DNA of 10,709 nt from a bacterium (GTDB lineage Bacteria; Zhuqueibacterota; Zhuqueibacteria; Oceanimicrobiales; Oceanimicrobiaceae): positions 1 to 10,709 of the forward strand of contig JBHHXT010000174.1 of the NCBI GenBank assembly GCA_046757165.1. Direction: 5' to 3'. The translations under genes and the position numbers were made by a program. Of the stretch, positions 7,301-10,709 are shown one piece after another (within the stretch, counting starts at the first letter, position 1; the number at the start of each line of letters is the position of its first letter). The notes beneath the pieces were generated by a model. That model was not told where the DNA came from. It made no database searches and worked only from the letters and a program-made list of their open reading frames with translations.

Positions 7301-9282
7301 CTTGAACCGCTGTCATGAATTCCGACGCCGTTGGCGTGATTGCCTGAAATGAGGTTGCGCGCGCGGCTGCTGGTGCCGCCGATGGTGTTATTCTGCGCGT
7401 CTGCTTCCATGCCAACACCGGCGCCCCAGGTGTTCAAGGCGACCGTCCCCGTGACGTCCGTTCCGATGTAGTTTCCCAGCACTTTGTTGTTGCTGGCGTC
7501 CGGCCCATGAATCCGGATGCCACCCACGATGAGATTTCGCGCCGCCAATGTGGTATCGCCAATCGTATTATTGGAGGATTGCAGCAACTGTATGCCATCC
7601 GTGGAACTCGAAAGCGCCAGCGTGCCGGTGGTATCGGTATTGAGGAAATTCCCCTGAATGACGTTGTTGTCGCCATATTGCAAACCGATGGCCGCCCCCA
7701 TCTGTCGATTGATGACCAGCCCTTTGATCGTATTATTGCTGCTTTCGAACGTCAGTCCCGGCTGCCCGTTGCAATTGATCTCAATCATGAGACGGGCATT
7801 GATACTCTGACCAAACTCATTCGTATTTGGCACGGCGCCGGGTTGCGTGTAAGCATCGATATTTACGGGATACCACAAAGTTTGTAAGGGTGAATTTAGC
7901 TTGATGGTTTTTGGGCCGCCGCCGGAGATATTGAAAGTAATATTCAAAACCGTATCCGCCCACGAGGGAATCCGTGCGTTGGCTTCCTGGATGGCGGCAC
8001 GAAAACTGCACTTGCCGGCCTTGGTTTTACAGATGCCGTCGCCAACATTTTTGTCTTCAAGATCGCCTTTGCCGGTCACTTCCCATCCCGTTACCAGCAG
8101 TTTATTGAACCGGATGGGAATCCGTACCAGATCGCGATCATAGAGGCTGGTTGGGTGGATACGCGTGAAATACAAATAGGCTTCCTGTCCAATCTGCTCG
8201 AAGTTTCGTGTCGTATCCGCATGGTCGATGACGGATGGATAAGCTAAGACATCTTCACCAGTGGCGTGTTTGGGATTGATGAGCAAATTACCGGTCATGA
8301 TGATTTTGCGCGTCACCCAGTTTATCAAATCGTCGGAAATGGAATAATAAAATCCCCAGACCCCGCCTTTTTGCGCCCCGCCGACCACCAGCCATTTGTT
8401 GAAATAGGTGCTCCAGCTCAAACTGCCCTGCATTTTTTCGATATTGCCATTGCCGATGGGCTGCACAATGTGGTTGGCCGGGTCCAATCCGGTTTCGGTG
8501 TAGGGATTGACAAACTGTACCGTATAGCCGGTACCGTCCCAGGCGCGCCAGCTGGTTGGATCGCTCAAGTCCTGCGTGCGCATGGTGGTCACACCGACCT
8601 GCTGCAGGCCAAACGCTTCCACCTGAATAATCACATAGTAATAGCCGTCCTGCTGGTTGTAAACAATGTTGGTGCCACCAAACACACCAAACGGACCCTG
8701 ATCCGCGGCATACTGGTACGGCGCAGCAGCGATCAGATGATCGGGAGCGGTTGCGTGGGTATAGGTGCGGCCGGTATCGGTTGAGGTCGCGAGCGTTAAG
8801 GCGTTATACCAGCAGAGCAAGCTATTGCCGCTGTTGCATTGCACCTGACCCGGATGTTCCAAACCATGATACTCATTGTGGATGATGGCAAAGATGTTTT
8901 TGCCATCCGTGGTATAGGTGCTGACGATCCACTCGGAATCATTGTACTTTGACGGATCGCTGTCATAGTGCGAGCTCAGAATCGGTCCGTTGGCACAATC
9001 CCGCACCAGGGAGTTGAAGTCGGCGCCGATCATGCGGTAGTTGGTGTAATGCGTCGACAGCAGCTGAATCTTGCCGTCTGCGTCCCGGAAAGCGCGTGCC
9101 GGCGCATCGGGAATGTCGATTTGCTCACAACTGTCTGCCGACCAGTCGAAGATGATTTCTTCCGCTCCCAAAATTTCAATCGGGCCGGGATATTCGAGCT
9201 GAGCTCTGGCAGAATGAGGGAAGAATGACCCGACTAAGACAACAATCAAAGCAACCTGAAAGCGGTGGCAATGCTGGCGCAT
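4306..9282 (-). CDS. Large secreted multidomain protein: beta-propeller-like N-terminal domain, CSLREA motif, parallel beta-helix repeats, Ig-like domain, 6 BACON/Ig-like repeats, T9SS type A/FlgD-Ig C-terminal domain
   Basis: Start moved to ATG 9282 (RBS GGAGG at 9292-9288; signal peptide ending 'PHSARA'); 1658 aa. Asp-box-like 'STDTGRTY' and 'SDDLINW'; 'GDGIC...KCSFRAAIQEAN'; repeated 'N.I.GN(Y/F)IGTD.TG' and 'RNLISGN'; 'QNYPVL...TSEFS'; six ~104-aa repeats with 'N.G...L.W....SWL..P..G'; C-terminal 'LKQNYPNPFNPTTVI...WDGKD..G..VSSGIYFY...RMLFLK'. Confidence 0.9.
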   Translation of the reverse strand: MRQHCHRFQVALIVVLVGSFFPHSARAQLEYPGPIEILGAEEIIFDWSADSCEQIDIPDAPARAFRDADGKIQLLSTHYTNYRMIGADFNSLVRDCANGPILSSHYDSDPSKYNDSEWIVSTYTTDGKNIFAIIHNEYHGLEHPGQVQCNSGNSLLCWYNALTLATSTDTGRTYTHATAPDHLIAAAPYQYAADQGPFGVFGGTNIVYNQQDGYYYVIIQVEAFGLQQVGVTTMRTQDLSDPTSWRAWDGTGYTVQFVNPYTETGLDPANHIVQPIGNGNIEKMQGSLSWSTYFNKWLVVGGAQKGGVWGFYYSISDDLINWVTRKIIMTGNLLINPKHATGEDVLAYPSVIDHADTTRNFEQIGQEAYLYFTRIHPTSLYDRDLVRIPIRFNKLLVTGWEVTGKGDLEDKNVGDGICKTKAGKCSFRAAIQEANARIPSWADTVLNITFNISGGGPKTIKLNSPLQTLWYPVNIDAYTQPGAVPNTNEFGQSINARLMIEINCNGQPGLTFESSNNTIKGLVINRQMGAAIGLQYGDNNVIQGNFLNTDTTGTLALSSSTDGIQLLQSSNNTIGDTTLAARNLIVGGIRIHGPDASNNKVLGNYIGTDVTGTVALNTWGAGVGMEADAQNNTIGGTSSRARNLISGNHANGVGIHDSGSSGNVVINNYIGVDVTGNHPLGNGLAGVKLREGAEGNFIGQPGYGNIICDNNDAGIWIENSSRNFFFGNFIGTNADGSPDLGNHATGVIVFGIGEEMSIGGANAGEGNTIAYNTLSGVALMGNAGNGVKIWSNSIFKNGGSGIDLGFDGWTGNDDGDGDSGPNGWQNYPVLETAISGSLLVSGSLNSTPNTTFRIEFFESDTCDPSGYGEGKTYLDAIAIATDANGDASFSVQLNHQVESGKYVTVTASAPDNSTSEFSNCVMASPRVGVLAVSPESFSVTLNAGENTVETLEISNIGSADIDWTLSWNAAWLQASLSGNTLAPGAGDNVSITIDASGLSEGSYADTLTVSSTEPNQADILVPVVMTVVVSPDIEIQPDSLSFTVQQGLQSTQPLKIKNTGQATLTFTVGTTFTSPWLSVSPSSGSLAPGDSTEIEVGANTNDLTPGSYSGALIVNSNDPDEGNINPPVTLTVIGAGAQISVSPESLAATLALDVTVTSYLFIENVGTADVTWTIDHQETWLNLSDTSKTTAPGQTDSISVQFNSAGLSTDTFSDTLTISHNDTDTPELNIPVSLTVTNDSPVITLTQENLVSTLDEGQSQTHHFSVGNQGTGELQWSITWQASWLDAAPTSGSTPPGSWQEITVTVDATGLAGGEYGDSLLVNSTDPEHPVKKVYVWLTVKTSSPKINVSQDKLVSTLDEGQSQTHQFNIGNQGTGELNWSITWQASWLDAAPGSGTTPPGGAEDITVTIDATGLSGGEYGDSLLVNSTDPENPVKKVYVWLTVTTYFPKISVSQDNLFSTLAVGDSAMHTVEIGNQGDGELNWSIVDQPSWVQVSPAAGQTMPGESDSVKVMFYAAGLTPGNYADSLLVISDDSSKPEVRILVTLTVQNTTSVHDINATPDDFTLKQNYPNPFNPTTVIQYGLMEAARITLNIFDVSGRRVRTLVQTDKPAGTYEAVWDGKDQQGLQVSSGIYFYTLSGKSQTGKVFRLTQRMLFLK
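4896..5535 (-). repeat. Intragenic tandem duplication with a 312-bp (104-aa) period
   Basis: Anchors CCAGGGTACTGAACAG at 4896 and CCAGGGTGCTGACCAG at 5208 and 5520. Long identical DNA stretches such as GCATCCAGCCAGGACGCCTGCCAGGTGATGGACCA occur in both copies. Confidence 0.9.
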
Positions 9283-9938
9283 CGTATCCTCCATGAACCA
9301 TGTGTTCGAGATTATCGTCAGGGAAAATTTTTGTCTCGTTAACTTGCTGTAATCGGCAGGTAAGCTCAAATTTTGATTTTGTTGCAAATATGCAACTGTC
9401 TTTCAGTTGTGCCTCACATGAACTGGACGCCGTTATCGGTTACCATACGCGGGTGACACCTCGCCGCCGAAGGAATCGTTGTCTGATGGTTGTTTTCATG
9501 TCCTGGGTGGTCTGAAATTGCACCTACCAGCTTCACCTATCAGTTCTTTTGTAGAGGGAAGATATATGGCTGTGGGTGAGGGTGATGAGGACACTCCCAA
9601 CTTGCCTGGATGGCCGGAGTTACGCTGAATATATTACACTGAGTATTGGTATGAGTTACGCACGAGGATCATATGGAACAACTAAACAAACTCTCGGGGA
9701 TTGCTCATTAGCTGCCAAGGTTGGCACTGCTTTTCTCACAACTGCTCTTTTTCATTGAAAATGAAACGTGATTATCCTATTTTTGAATGTAGACGTACTC
9801 ATTTGGTATATCATATCATATTCTTACGGCGGCGAAGCGGAACCAAAGGAATAAAGGAATATATGAACCCACTGATTGAAGAAACCCGCCGACTTTTCGG
9901 ATCATTGCTGAATTTCTCAAAGAAGACAGGTTGAATCC

Positions 9939-10709
9939 ATGAGCTATCAGTATCAAAACATTAGCGTATCGAGACTCTCGATCATTGGCGCTGGCCAAAT
10001 CGGCCCCGACATTGCCCTGCATTTCTCCAAAGTCTTTGCCCCCCATGCGGTCGAAATCGTGCTCTTAGACATCGTGGAGGAGGCCCTGAGCCGGGCAAAA
10101 GGAAAAATCGAGAAAAAGATCCAAAAGGGGGTGGCGACCGGGGCTTTCAAACCTGACATGGCCGAAACCATGAAAGGCAGCATTGCTTATACCGTGAACT
10201 ACCAGGATATCGCCGGCTCCGATATCGTGCTCGAGGCCGCCACGGAAGATGAAGCGATCAAAGACGCCATCTTCAAACAGGCCGAGGCGATCTGTGACGA
10301 AAGCTGCCTGTTTTTCTCCAACTCCTCGCATTTGCAGCCGGAAGTCATTTTCAAAAACATCGGGAATAAAAGCAGATGTCTGGTCACCCACTACTTCTTC
10401 CCCGCTGAAAGAAATCCGGTCGTCGAAATCATCCCTTCCGACAAGACCGACCGCGAGCTGGTGCAGAATGTGCTGGGATTCTACGAAGCCATCGGCAAGG
10501 TCCCCATCGAAGTCAAAAGCTCCTACGGCTACGCCATCGACCCCATCTTCGAGGGGCTGTGTCAAACCGCCATTCTGTGTCTGGAGAAAGAGTATGGCAC
10601 GGTCAAAGAAATCGACAAGGTCGCCACAGAAGTATTGGGTTTGGGCGTCGGACCGTTTACGGCCTTGAACCTCACCGGTGGAAATCCCATCACAGACCAT
10701 GGTCTCGAT
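9939..10709 (+). CDS. 3-hydroxyacyl-CoA dehydrogenase family protein, N-terminal part (truncated by window end; not in ORF track)
   Basis: Manual translation from ATG 9939 is open to the end of the window (257 codons): MSYQYQNISVSRLSIIGAGQIGPDIALHF...LLDI...DIVLEAATEDEAIKDAIF...SNSSHL...THYFFPAERNPVVEII...IGKVPIEVKSSYGYAIDPIF...KEIDKV...LGLGVGPF. It shows the Rossmann GxGxxG motif, 'EA..E...K', the His/Glu catalytic pair, and the 'ID...G...GPF' C-domain motif. Confidence 0.92.
   Translation, partial: MSYQYQNISVSRLSIIGAGQIGPDIALHFSKVFAPHAVEIVLLDIVEEALSRAKGKIEKKIQKGVATGAFKPDMAETMKGSIAYTVNYQDIAGSDIVLEAATEDEAIKDAIFKQAEAICDESCLFFSNSSHLQPEVIFKNIGNKSRCLVTHYFFPAERNPVVEIIPSDKTDRELVQNVLGFYEAIGKVPIEVKSSYGYAIDPIFEGLCQTAILCLEKEYGTVKEIDKVATEVLGLGVGPFTALNLTGGNPITDHGLD

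Noticed and set aside
9283..9387. N-terminal extension of the large ORF (start at 9387)
   Set aside because: The annotated start is a TTG without an RBS. ATG 9282 has GGAGG at 5-nt spacing and precedes the signal peptide.
9755..9814. Several sigma70-like -35/-10 pairs upstream of the dehydrogenase (TTGAAA..TATTTT; TTGAAT..TATATC)
   Set aside because: The region is AT-rich with several equally mediocre candidates, so no single promoter can be called.
9283..9938. Riboswitch or ncRNA (c-di-GMP, cobalamin, TPP, SAM) in the long intergenic region
   Set aside because: I could not find the conserved core motifs by eye on either strand. An Rfam/Infernal scan would be decisive.
10065..10700. 211-aa minus-strand ORF and the 139-aa plus-strand ORF at 10249-10668
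   Set aside because: Antisense or out-of-frame shadows of the dehydrogenase gene starting at 9939.

Overview
Bacterial chromosomal window. The NYPNPFNP/FlgD-Ig type C-terminal domain suggests an FCB-group organism such as KSB1, Calditrichota or Ignavibacteria; this taxonomy is inference. Layout: (1) a minus-strand ArsR regulator + SRPBCC/AHSA1 pair with a clear sigma70 promoter overlapped by two identical palindromic operators; (2) a divergent three-gene operon with overlapping stop/start codons, encoding a beta-solenoid ('polymer-forming cytoskeletal'-like) membrane protein, a LytS/AlgZ-type histidine kinase and a LytTR response regulator, preceded by three AlgR-like direct repeats; (3) a 310-bp convergent intergenic region with a nested repeat structure: a 21-bp outer inverted repeat around a TTAA-flanked 162-bp MITE-like element that itself holds an inverted REP-like hairpin doublet; (4) a ~1658-aa secreted multidomain protein on the minus strand (unassigned beta-propeller-like domain, CSLREA motif, beta-helix, Ig-like domain, six BACON-like repeats, T9SS/FlgD-type C-terminal domain); (5) the 5' part of a divergent 3-hydroxyacyl-CoA dehydrogenase-family gene, absent from the ORF track and truncated at the window end. 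I cannot establish a new system from sequence alone. The best candidates for follow-up are the LytTR/solenoid-membrane-protein module, the nested repeat element and the unassigned propeller domain.
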